Shown in pieces: positions 19,886 through 27,445 of a DNA stretch of 38,591 bases. The stretch covers positions 1 through 38,591 of IMG/VR virus record IMGVR_UViG_3300027892_000070; one strand, given 5' to 3'. The number at the start of each line of letters is the position of its first letter. The first letter of the stretch is position 1. The translations under genes and the position numbers were made by a program. The notes beneath the pieces are model-generated. The model did no database searches, was not told the DNA's origin, and saw only the letters and a program-made list of their open reading frames with translations. The stretch comes from a virus. Its lineage: Duplodnaviria > Caudoviricetes.

Positions 19886-20494
19886 ATGTTGGATTACTGG
19901 AAAGGCGTACACCCTGATAGTGGCAAAGTATGGAGCAATGATAAAGATATCATCATGGCTCCATTCTGGACTGAAGATTTTTGTAATGAACTGGTAGATA
20001 TTGCAAAATTTTACGATAATAAATTTACAAACCATCGACAACAAAATGTGGACGGTAGCCCGTTGGGCTACGATGGGTTGTATTTTAGTCAGATAAGTCA
20101 ATTTTTGTTTGAAGACTATGTAGCACACTATACAAGAGACTTATTCCCTATCATTCATAAAGAATGGCCGCTTACTAAAATCTGTGGATGGCAAAGTCCG
20201 TTTATTTTAAAATACAGTCAGCAAGGTAAACCTAATCTTGCTCCGCATCATGATTTAAGTGAAGTTAGTCTCAATATTAAATTAAACGCTGATTACGAAG
20301 GTGCTGATCTAACGTTTCCTAGACAAGAGTTTAACGGCAAAAATACTCCTATAGGACATGTTACGTTTTGGCCCAGTACTGTGACACATTATCACGTGGT
20401 TCCTAATATCAAATCTGGAGTAAAATATTCTGTCACCGGCTGGACTTGGCCAAGCGGCGCTCACGAATTTCACGGAATTAAAAACTTCAAATGA
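19886..20494 (+). CDS. 2OG-Fe(II) oxygenase, procollagen lysyl hydroxylase (PLOD)-like
   Basis: 202 aa. PFWTEDFCNELV, LAPHHDLSEVSLNIKLNADYEGADLTFPRQ, GHVTFWPSTVTHYH...SGVKYS, matching the PLOD catalytic-domain pattern (PHHD, DYEGGG, THYH). Confidence 0.75.
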   Translation: MLDYWKGVHPDSGKVWSNDKDIIMAPFWTEDFCNELVDIAKFYDNKFTNHRQQNVDGSPLGYDGLYFSQISQFLFEDYVAHYTRDLFPIIHKEWPLTKICGWQSPFILKYSQQGKPNLAPHHDLSEVSLNIKLNADYEGADLTFPRQEFNGKNTPIGHVTFWPSTVTHYHVVPNIKSGVKYSVTGWTWPSGAHEFHGIKNFK

Positions 20495-21069
20495 TATTGC
20501 CTAATAGAATATTTTTTACAGGTGTACCAGGAAGCCGTTGGAGCGGCATTGCACAAGCGTTAGAATCTATGGATGGGTTCAACACCAGCGACCGTACCTC
20601 AGCACGTGATTACAGTCATCACGACTTTACTGGACACAAAGGTGCATACTTTGGACGTGGTATGGAGTTTGATCATGACTTGCGCAAAACAAACATAGAT
20701 GCCGCACACTTAACACACAACGGCACTAGACTGATTAAAAGCCATGACTGGGCATACTCATTAGATCAAATTGAACACGATTATCCAGATGATTGGATCA
20801 TGTTAGTTTATCGTCCAGATATGATAAGTTATGCATGGTGGCATGAAGCAGGCGGCTTTAAAATCAAATATCCGTGCTACGATGTTTATCGAGACAGCAC
20901 AAACATGTTGGCTGAAATTACAAGTCAAAATAAACATATTTTAGAATATGCATATACACGTGATGCTACTTGGCACTACTTTACTGAACAGTGGATTTCA
21001 GACACATTTGATCAAGCAGTTAAACTAGACAAAGTCTTTTCTGATATACTGGTAACAGTAATCAAATGA
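20491..21069 (+). CDS. P-loop/sulfotransferase-like hypothetical protein
   Basis: 192 aa, ATGA-coupled. IFFTGVPGSRWSGIAQ, LIKSH, MLVYRP..SYAW resemble the sulfotransferase layout. Confidence 0.55.
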   Translation: MILPNRIFFTGVPGSRWSGIAQALESMDGFNTSDRTSARDYSHHDFTGHKGAYFGRGMEFDHDLRKTNIDAAHLTHNGTRLIKSHDWAYSLDQIEHDYPDDWIMLVYRPDMISYAWWHEAGGFKIKYPCYDVYRDSTNMLAEITSQNKHILEYAYTRDATWHYFTEQWISDTFDQAVKLDKVFSDILVTVIK

Positions 21070-21293
21070 GAGATCATGTTTGGTATATAAAATATGCTAG
21101 TGCCATAGTAATACTTTGTGCTATGGTGCTGCATGTATTGGGAATAACCCCATGGAATAGTCTACTGCAAATGGTTGGCGCCAGTGGCTGGATTTATGTA
21201 GGATACAAATGGAACGAGCGGGCACTGATGCTTAATTTCATTCCACAATTTTTTATTATTATTCCAGGCTTGTTGTATCTTTATTTTAAATAA
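21066..21293 (+). CDS. Small membrane protein (about 3 TM segments)
   Basis: 75 aa, ATGA-coupled, mostly hydrophobic segments. Confidence 0.75.
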   Translation: MRDHVWYIKYASAIVILCAMVLHVLGITPWNSLLQMVGASGWIYVGYKWNERALMLNFIPQFFIIIPGLLYLYFK

Positions 21294-22015
21294 ACAAAAT
21301 ACAGCCTGTTGTTGTTGTCTTTTTTAAATGTTTCCAAAGTGAGATTATGCTTCTTAGCTAGGTCATGTGCAACTTCAAAAGTCCATGGGAATATATCCAC
21401 ATAAGGTCCCTTAGGCCATAGTATTCCAGGATTAGCTCTAAAATACATTTTACCGCCTGGCATCAGTACACTTACTAATTTTGCAAATCGTTCTTCAATT
21501 TCTTCTTTGCCGTTAAAATTTAAACTGCCAAACACAATAATATTATCATAACTTTCTGGTTCAACATTAAATTCTAATATATCTACCATATAATCGGCAC
21601 AGTTGTTAAATGGATCAATGCCAATCAAGTTATTAATACGTCCCTTGAACGGATGATATCCGCAACCAAAATCTAACACAGCCTTGGGATTGCGTTTATT
21701 AATTTCTTCAACCAATGCCCAGCCAGTGTATTGATATACTTCGGTATTGGGTTTCCAAATTTCTCCAAAAAATCGATTCATATATCGTTTGTCCAACTTG
21801 CCCACAACTTCTTCCACAGTGCCAGTTAAATCAACATCTTCAAAATCAAGTTCCTGTTTGATAACATCTGCAAATTTAGTATGTCTTGCAGGAGTCCACG
21901 GAAGGAAGTCCACACGAGTATCTTTACCTAGTGTTGCCCGTACATTATCGTATTTAGGCAAATTAAAGGCAGTTTCTAAATTTTGTATAATTAGACTAAA
22001 AATTCGTGTATTCAT
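21281..22015 (-). CDS. Class I SAM-dependent methyltransferase with an extra N-terminal helical domain
   Basis: 244 aa. VLDFGCG (motif I), IGIDP, YDNIIVFGSLNF, LMPGGKMYFR. Confidence 0.85.
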   Translation of the reverse strand: MNTRIFSLIIQNLETAFNLPKYDNVRATLGKDTRVDFLPWTPARHTKFADVIKQELDFEDVDLTGTVEEVVGKLDKRYMNRFFGEIWKPNTEVYQYTGWALVEEINKRNPKAVLDFGCGYHPFKGRINNLIGIDPFNNCADYMVDILEFNVEPESYDNIIVFGSLNFNGKEEIEERFAKLVSVLMPGGKMYFRANPGILWPKGPYVDIFPWTFEVAHDLAKKHNLTLETFKKDNNNRLYFVYLK

Positions 22016-22019
22016 TATT

Positions 22020-22084
22020 TTTTTCCGTTTTTGATAAATATTTTTGTAAAACAGTAAAATTTTTCCGTTTTTGTTAAAAATTTT
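22020..22084. repeat. Direct repeat, 2 x 25 bp (23/25 identical), 40-bp period, in a divergent intergenic region
   Basis: 22020-22044 TTTTTCCGTTTTTGATAAATATTTT versus 22060-22084 TTTTTCCGTTTTTGTTAAAAATTTT. Confidence 0.85.
22034..22040 (+). promoter_or_regulatory. T4-like late promoter (ATAAATA) inside repeat copy 1
   Basis: Motif match upstream of the 22122 operon. Confidence 0.5.
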
Positions 22085-22121
22085 AATTTACGAGCATATA
22101 TAGTTATCAAGGAGACGAATT

Positions 22122-22814
22122 ATGTTAACAGGAAAAGAGTTTGTAGAACAATTAACACAATCAAACGAAGGATTATTTCGCAGCAGTGAATTAATGGTTA
22201 AAGCATATTTTGACAGTAAGCCTAGTCAGGACGAGTTAGTAGAACATTTTGTTGGCCGTATGGTTAACGAGCGTATGAATATGGTTGGTGTTGCTAAATC
22301 TGTAGCATCCGCCGATGTCAATACTGATCCTGAAGAATTAACATTGTTGTCCAAGCAAGTTTTAGATGAAGCAATTCATTTTAAACTAGTTAAAGAAGTT
22401 ATTGAACACATTACAGGAAAACAAGTTGATGTTGATGCCGCTATTACTAACGAACAAGCAAAGCCAACTTCTAAAGGTGCAAGCCTATTGAGCAAGTACG
22501 GGCAATTGGACGAAGTTGTTTTATCAACTTATCAATTAATTGCCGAAGGCCGAGCAGAGCGTAATTGGGACATGATGGCTAATTGCATTGAAGACAAATT
22601 TATTAGTTCGCGATATGCCCGCATTGCTAAAGACGAAGGTTTTCACGCAACTATTGGCGCCCGTAAACTAGCACAGTTGTGCAGCGACGAAGTTACACAA
22701 GCCCGTGTGTTAAATTTAGCTACGCAAATGCGTCAAGATTTGTATGAAGTATGTTGTGCAAACAGCATGCCAACAGAAGAATCTAAACAGGTATTTGAAC
22801 AAGCGTATATGTAA
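22122..22814 (+). CDS. Ferritin-like di-iron carboxylate protein
   Basis: 230 aa, AAGGAG RBS. Paired E...DExxH ligand sets: NERMN...DEAIH and AEGRA...DEGFH. Confidence 0.85.
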   Translation: MLTGKEFVEQLTQSNEGLFRSSELMVKAYFDSKPSQDELVEHFVGRMVNERMNMVGVAKSVASADVNTDPEELTLLSKQVLDEAIHFKLVKEVIEHITGKQVDVDAAITNEQAKPTSKGASLLSKYGQLDEVVLSTYQLIAEGRAERNWDMMANCIEDKFISSRYARIAKDEGFHATIGARKLAQLCSDEVTQARVLNLATQMRQDLYEVCCANSMPTEESKQVFEQAYM

Positions 22815-23336
22815 ATGATTATTGGACTCACTCAACGAGTTCTGTATCATAAGGAACGAGGTTATGATTCTTTGGAACATGGATGGTATTCGTGTTTGCC
22901 GGGACATGATCTCGTTGCTATCCCAAACAGGATAGATACAGATATTGATGTAGATCTTCTAATTATAACAGGGGGAGATAATCATCCTGTTAGAGATATG
23001 TTAGAAGAGCGGTTGATACAGCAGTTCATGCTAGAGTCTAAACCAATTATCGGTATTTGTCACGGTGCATTTTTATTAACAAAGATACTTGGCGGAAAAG
23101 TCAGTGATATAATCGGACATATGGACACTGAACATTTAGTAAATGAAACGCAGTTAGTAAACAGTTATCACACATTACAAATAGAAAGTCATCCTACACA
23201 AACAACTGTTCTAGCAACAGATGAGCAAGGACGTTGTGAATCGTGGATTTATAGAAATATTGGTGCTGTAGTATGGCATCCAGAAAGAATGAACAAGCCG
23301 TACTGGCCAACACAAATTGAGGATTTAATTAAATGA
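22815..23336 (+). CDS. Class I glutamine amidotransferase (peptidase C26/PuuD-like gamma-glutamyl hydrolase)
   Basis: 173 aa, abuts the upstream stop. LIITGGD, PIIGICHG (nucleophile Cys), VNSYH, WHPE (His-Glu of the triad). Confidence 0.9.
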   Translation: MIIGLTQRVLYHKERGYDSLEHGWYSCLPGHDLVAIPNRIDTDIDVDLLIITGGDNHPVRDMLEERLIQQFMLESKPIIGICHGAFLLTKILGGKVSDIIGHMDTEHLVNETQLVNSYHTLQIESHPTQTTVLATDEQGRCESWIYRNIGAVVWHPERMNKPYWPTQIEDLIK

Positions 23337-24283
23337 AAAAGTTTTTAATATTATTGATGTTCCCTGTACTTGCACATGCGTGGCAACCCACTAAACCGAT
23401 TACTGTTGTTGTGCCCAATGCACCCGGAGCTGGTAACGAGATCGCATTTAGAATTTTGGCCAAACAAGTGGAACAAAAAACAGGTGTAAACTTTGTGTAT
23501 GAATACCGCCCTGGCGCAGTTGACACCATTGCCATGAATCATTTTAATACGCTACCAGGTGATGGATATCATATTGCTGTTCCGAGTTGTCAGAGCACGT
23601 ATGTGTCTGCTGAGATATGGTTTGCAAACAGTGTAAGATTCAATGCCATGGATTTTGTTCCAGTTACTAACATGGGTAAAAGCCCCCTGGGATTCTATGC
23701 TAGAACAACGTCAGACACTGATACGCCAGAAAAATTCATTGCCGAAGTTCGAGCCGGTAACCGACAGTTGAATGTTGCAGTGGGTGGCGCAGCCCACAGA
23801 CTGGCTGTGGAATACTTAGTGGCTGGAGTCAAACCTTCGGTCGACCCTGTGCAGACTGTGATGTACAAAGGTCCTGCACAGGCCATGAATGATGTGTTGG
23901 CTGGCCATGTTGAGTTTGGTGTATTCCCTGTTGCTGTGGGTGCTCCACTAATTAAATCAGGCCGAATCAAACTGATTGGCATAGCCGGAGAAAAAAATAT
24001 ACCCGGCCTAGAAAAGGCCAAGTTGATGAAGGACTACGTTCCCAATCTAAATGTGTATGCCTGCTGGAACTTAATACTGCCCAAAAACACTCCTCAAGAT
24101 GTGCAGGATTGGTATCGTGATGCTTTTATTCCTGCACTTAATTCAAAGGAAACTCAAGACAGATATAACGAACAATTCATATTCGTCAGCCCTAATGAAC
24201 AAACACCTCAAGGGGTTCGTGCAGCCATGCATAAACTGCGTGAACAATGGCAACCATTTGCAAGAAAAATTAAACCTGAGTAA
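23333..24283 (+). CDS. tctC: Tripartite tricarboxylate transporter substrate-binding protein (TctC/Bug family)
   Basis: 316 aa with signal peptide (MKKFLILLMFPVLAHA). WQPTKPITVVVPNAPGAG, EYRPGA, DGYH, YKGPAQAMNDVLAGHVE, PKNTPQDV are Bug-family motifs. Confidence 0.9.
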   Translation: MKKFLILLMFPVLAHAWQPTKPITVVVPNAPGAGNEIAFRILAKQVEQKTGVNFVYEYRPGAVDTIAMNHFNTLPGDGYHIAVPSCQSTYVSAEIWFANSVRFNAMDFVPVTNMGKSPLGFYARTTSDTDTPEKFIAEVRAGNRQLNVAVGGAAHRLAVEYLVAGVKPSVDPVQTVMYKGPAQAMNDVLAGHVEFGVFPVAVGAPLIKSGRIKLIGIAGEKNIPGLEKAKLMKDYVPNLNVYACWNLILPKNTPQDVQDWYRDAFIPALNSKETQDRYNEQFIFVSPNEQTPQGVRAAMHKLREQWQPFARKIKPE

Positions 24284-24868
24284 TTAAGATGGCAGTTGTT
24301 GGACAAACTCTAATAAACTGCCAAATTCTTGCACCTTAATTTGATTCATCAATTCAAATGCTTTAGTTTTAGTTTCTTTTCCAGGTGATTTAATCAATAC
24401 CGGAATTGCTTTAATTTTTGCTGAAACTTTAACATCGTTTGCCTCAGCACCTATAAAATATGACTCTGCCCATTTGATCATACCTTCATTCTGCGCACGA
24501 TCAAACATGCCAGTGTTGGGTTTTACATAGGGATCATTTTTGTCTACGCCCGGTGCGTAATAGGAATTTTTCACCCTGCCACCGTGTTGCTCAACAATTT
24601 CCCTAACACTGGCCAGAATATTTTCAAAATCTTGTATAGACAGTGCCTGGGTTCTATTCTGTGGTTGGCCTGTGATAAACAAAAAATCATAACCTTTAGA
24701 GATCAATAATTTTACAGCGTCTATTACCCCGTCAGATATAACCAATTGTTGACCCGGAGTGAATGGTGTAGTGTTGTCTAGCAATACACCGAACAGTGTC
24801 ATTCCCATGACTTTTCTGTTGGCCTGCATTTGCCAAATGTCTTTGAAATAATCAGTATAGCGACCCAT
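24284..24868 (-). CDS. GmhB/histidinol-phosphatase-like HAD protein with degenerate active site
   Basis: 194 aa, AAGGA RBS. GVIDAVKLL..KGY..LFITGQ, YYAP, KPNTGMF, SYFIG..ND match GmhB, but the DxDG motif reads TLFG. Confidence 0.75.
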   Translation of the reverse strand: MGRYTDYFKDIWQMQANRKVMGMTLFGVLLDNTTPFTPGQQLVISDGVIDAVKLLISKGYDFLFITGQPQNRTQALSIQDFENILASVREIVEQHGGRVKNSYYAPGVDKNDPYVKPNTGMFDRAQNEGMIKWAESYFIGAEANDVKVSAKIKAIPVLIKSPGKETKTKAFELMNQIKVQEFGSLLEFVQQLPS

Positions 24869-24926
24869 GTGATTTCCTTTTAATTATATATGCACTTTAC
24901 ACAACAGTGATAAATTATTTGTCCGA

Positions 24927-24933
24927 ATAAATA
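24927..24933 (+). promoter_or_regulatory. T4-like late promoter (ATAAATA)
   Basis: Motif upstream of ATG 24950. Confidence 0.65.
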
Positions 24934-24949
24934 TACTAAAGAGCCAAAC

Positions 24950-26989
24950 ATGCTAAATTTTACAAATTTTTTCAAACAGAGTCCACAAAACAAGTTGAGT
25001 TTAAAAAACAACACACAACTTGCTTACAAAGGCTCTTGGGTGCAGATTTATCCCGATACCGAAATTGACAGATGGTATGTGGGCGATTATAGCAGCGCAA
25101 ATTACACTGTTACTGCAGAGTTTGACAGTAACAAAAAAGAAGTGTTACAAGTATTGGTAGTGGCCCGACCTGATCAGGCCACTGTGACTGTGTACGGACG
25201 TACCAGTATTGACGACAGTCTCATCAATATCAGTGCGTCAGTCAACAACAGTTATGTCAGTATCATTGCTAACGTAACAGACACCACATTCTTAGGAACA
25301 AAAGTAATTTTCTTTGCAAATTATGCAGAAACTATTACTCCATTATCAGTGGCTCAAGACACCAGTTTTATAGACAGCAGTCTAGGTGGAGGCTACGACG
25401 GAGGTGGAGGATCAATTGGCGCTGCCGCAAGTTTTTCACAACTGTCCGGAACCATTGGTCTAGGACAAATATCCAATGGATTGATCACTCCTGCAAAATT
25501 AAATCTTAACGCATCGTTGATACCCACAGCCAATGAAACATTTGATTTGGGCAGTAGTGTATCTAGATGGCGAGATCTCTATCTCAGCGGAAGTTCAATA
25601 CAATTAGGCAGCGCCACTATCACTGCTTCGGGCAGCAGTATAGTGTTACCAGTAGGCACCACAGTGGGTGGCACTGCTATCAACAGTTTTGCCACAGTGG
25701 CAGTATCAGGTCAAACCAATGTGGTAGCAGACAGTGCCAGCGACACACTGACATTGACAGCAGGTCCAGGAATAGAATTGACCACCAATGCTGGCACAGA
25801 CACTATAACCATCACCAATACTGGTGGCGGAGGTGGTGGCGCCAGTGGCGTAAGTTCTGGAACTGCTACTCGATTAGCATACTATTCATCTAGCGGCAGT
25901 GTTGTTCAAGATACCGGAGCCAATTTAACTTGGAGCGGCACCACTCTTGCTGTTACTGGCACTATTACTGCATCAGGAGCAGTGAGTTATGTTCGTGCAT
26001 ACTTTGATACCCTTGCAGAATTAACTGCTATAAGTGCTGCCACATGGCATGGCATGGTAGCACATGTTCACGAAACTGGTAGGATGTATTTTGCACACGC
26101 AGGTGCGTGGGCACCTTTGGCTAATTATAGTGATTTAAATATTTTTTCTACAATTGCAGTTGCTGGCCAATCAAATGTGGTGGCTGATTCAGCCACAGAC
26201 ACATTGACACTGATAGCAGGCACCAATGTGACTATTACCACGAATGCCACTACCGATGCTATCACTATCAATGCCGCAGGAGGTGGCGCTAGCACACTTA
26301 ATGATCTAACTGATGTTGTTATTTCTGCTCCAACAACAAATCAGGTATTAAAATATGATGGAACTAATTGGGTAAATGGCACAGACGCCACCGGTGGTGG
26401 TGGAGCAACATCTGATAGTTTTACTACAATTGCAGTGGCCGGCCAATCAAATGTGGTGGCTGATTCTAGTACGGATACTTTGACATTTGTAAACGGCACG
26501 GGCATATCTATTACCACCAATGCCGGCACAGACACTATCACTATTGCCAGCACAGTGGCAGCAGGTGCCACAGCATTCACCGGGTTAACAGATCGAAGTG
26601 ATCTTACTGTGGATCAATTCTATTTGCCAGCAATAACCAGATTGGTTGTGACTGCCAACGGCTCCAGTGCATATAGATTTGATCAGTACGGCACAGCCGA
26701 TGATCCAACTATATATGCTATCAGCGGAACTACTATAGCATTTGATCTAAACAATGGTCTAAGCAGTCATCCATTCCTAATTCGTTTCTCAGGTGCAAAC
26801 TACGACACTGGACTGGTGCATGTTACCGCAGGCGGTGTAGTGACCACTGGATCAAGTGCTCAAGGCAAAACCAGTGGCACATTGTATTGGAAAATTCCAG
26901 CCGGCATCAGTGGCACCTACGGTTACCTCTGTAGTAATCACGGCACTATGGCGGGCAGCATTGAAATCAAAGCTATCTCAGGCATATAA
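24950..26989 (+). CDS. Virion structural/fibre protein with three internal repeats and a C-terminal cupredoxin-like domain
   Basis: 679 aa. FDLGSSVSRWRDLYLSG fibre motif, three FxTxAVxGQxNVVADSxxDTLT...TTNAxTDxITI repeats, LNDLTDV..NQVLKYDGTNWVN, C-terminal HPF...YLCSNHGTMAG. Confidence 0.8.
   Translation: MLNFTNFFKQSPQNKLSLKNNTQLAYKGSWVQIYPDTEIDRWYVGDYSSANYTVTAEFDSNKKEVLQVLVVARPDQATVTVYGRTSIDDSLINISASVNNSYVSIIANVTDTTFLGTKVIFFANYAETITPLSVAQDTSFIDSSLGGGYDGGGGSIGAAASFSQLSGTIGLGQISNGLITPAKLNLNASLIPTANETFDLGSSVSRWRDLYLSGSSIQLGSATITASGSSIVLPVGTTVGGTAINSFATVAVSGQTNVVADSASDTLTLTAGPGIELTTNAGTDTITITNTGGGGGGASGVSSGTATRLAYYSSSGSVVQDTGANLTWSGTTLAVTGTITASGAVSYVRAYFDTLAELTAISAATWHGMVAHVHETGRMYFAHAGAWAPLANYSDLNIFSTIAVAGQSNVVADSATDTLTLIAGTNVTITTNATTDAITINAAGGGASTLNDLTDVVISAPTTNQVLKYDGTNWVNGTDATGGGGATSDSFTTIAVAGQSNVVADSSTDTLTFVNGTGISITTNAGTDTITIASTVAAGATAFTGLTDRSDLTVDQFYLPAITRLVVTANGSSAYRFDQYGTADDPTIYAISGTTIAFDLNNGLSSHPFLIRFSGANYDTGLVHVTAGGVVTTGSSAQGKTSGTLYWKIPAGISGTYGYLCSNHGTMAGSIEIKAISGI
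25688..26545 (+). repeat. Three ~43-aa repeats in the 679-aa protein
   Basis: Copies start at about 25688, 26144 and 26420. A 26-nt identical stretch GGCCAATCAAATGTGGTGGCTGATTC occurs at 26165-26190 and 26441-26466. Confidence 0.85.
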
Positions 26990-26990
26990 T

Positions 26991-27188
26991 ATGAAACACG
27001 TATATCAAACCCTGAGCCTGGCCCCGGCACCAGCATTCTTTATAGGTTTGATATGGAACTTATCACAACCCCAGTCGATGTGCGGTGCGGGTAATTATGA
27101 AATGGCGGTGATGTGGGCAGTGATGGCACTAGCGCATACTACACCGTGGATCATTTGGTGGCAACAACGAAACTTTTCCAGGGATTGA
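26991..27188 (+). CDS. Small two-helix membrane protein
   Basis: ATG 1 nt after the upstream stop; 65 aa MKHVYQTLSLAPAPAFFIGLIW...MCG...EMAVMWAVMALAHTTPW. Resembles a small proteobacterial membrane-protein pattern (LAAxPxF...C...MxxMxxxMxxxHxxPW). Confidence 0.65.
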   Translation: MKHVYQTLSLAPAPAFFIGLIWNLSQPQSMCGAGNYEMAVMWAVMALAHTTPWIIWWQQRNFSRD

Positions 27189-27374
27189 AAAACAGCAGTG
27201 GTATGCCCCCATGAGCACTGCCCAACTTTCCCAATAATAGATGTCCAGTAAATCTGTTCGATCCTTCGGACACCACATGAGATCGTGTATCAGTATATAA
27301 CCCCTGGGTCCAGATAAAATCGCAGTGCCTTGATCAAGAATAGGATCTGAAATGCTGACACGAGTTATAGTCAT
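27129..27374 (-). CDS. Hypothetical protein
   Basis: 81-aa ORF filling an otherwise empty gap, with a minus-strand CTAAATA at 27398-27404 upstream. Overlaps the 3' end of 26991..27188. Confidence 0.45.
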   Translation of the reverse strand: MTITRVSISDPILDQGTAILSGPRGYILIHDLMWCPKDRTDLLDIYYWESWAVLMGAYHCCFSIPGKVSLLPPNDPRCSMR

Positions 27375-27438
27375 TGGGTAAAATTATAATGTGCTAATAT
27401 TTAGTTTACCCTCCTATCTAACTTTTCTCAAAAAATGT

Positions 27439-27445
27439 TTAAATA
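27439..27445 (+). promoter_or_regulatory. T4-like late promoter (TTAAATA)
   Basis: Motif upstream of the AGGA RBS and ATG 27479. Confidence 0.55.

Noticed and set aside
22020-22084. Mini-CRISPR array
   Set aside because: Only two copies, a 15-nt spacer, non-palindromic low-complexity repeat, and no cas genes in the window.
22122-22814. Ribonucleotide reductase beta subunit or iron-storage ferritin/Dps
   Set aside because: Too short for NrdB/NrdF, no large subunit nearby, and longer than and unlike classical ferritin/Dps; only the generic di-iron motifs are supported.
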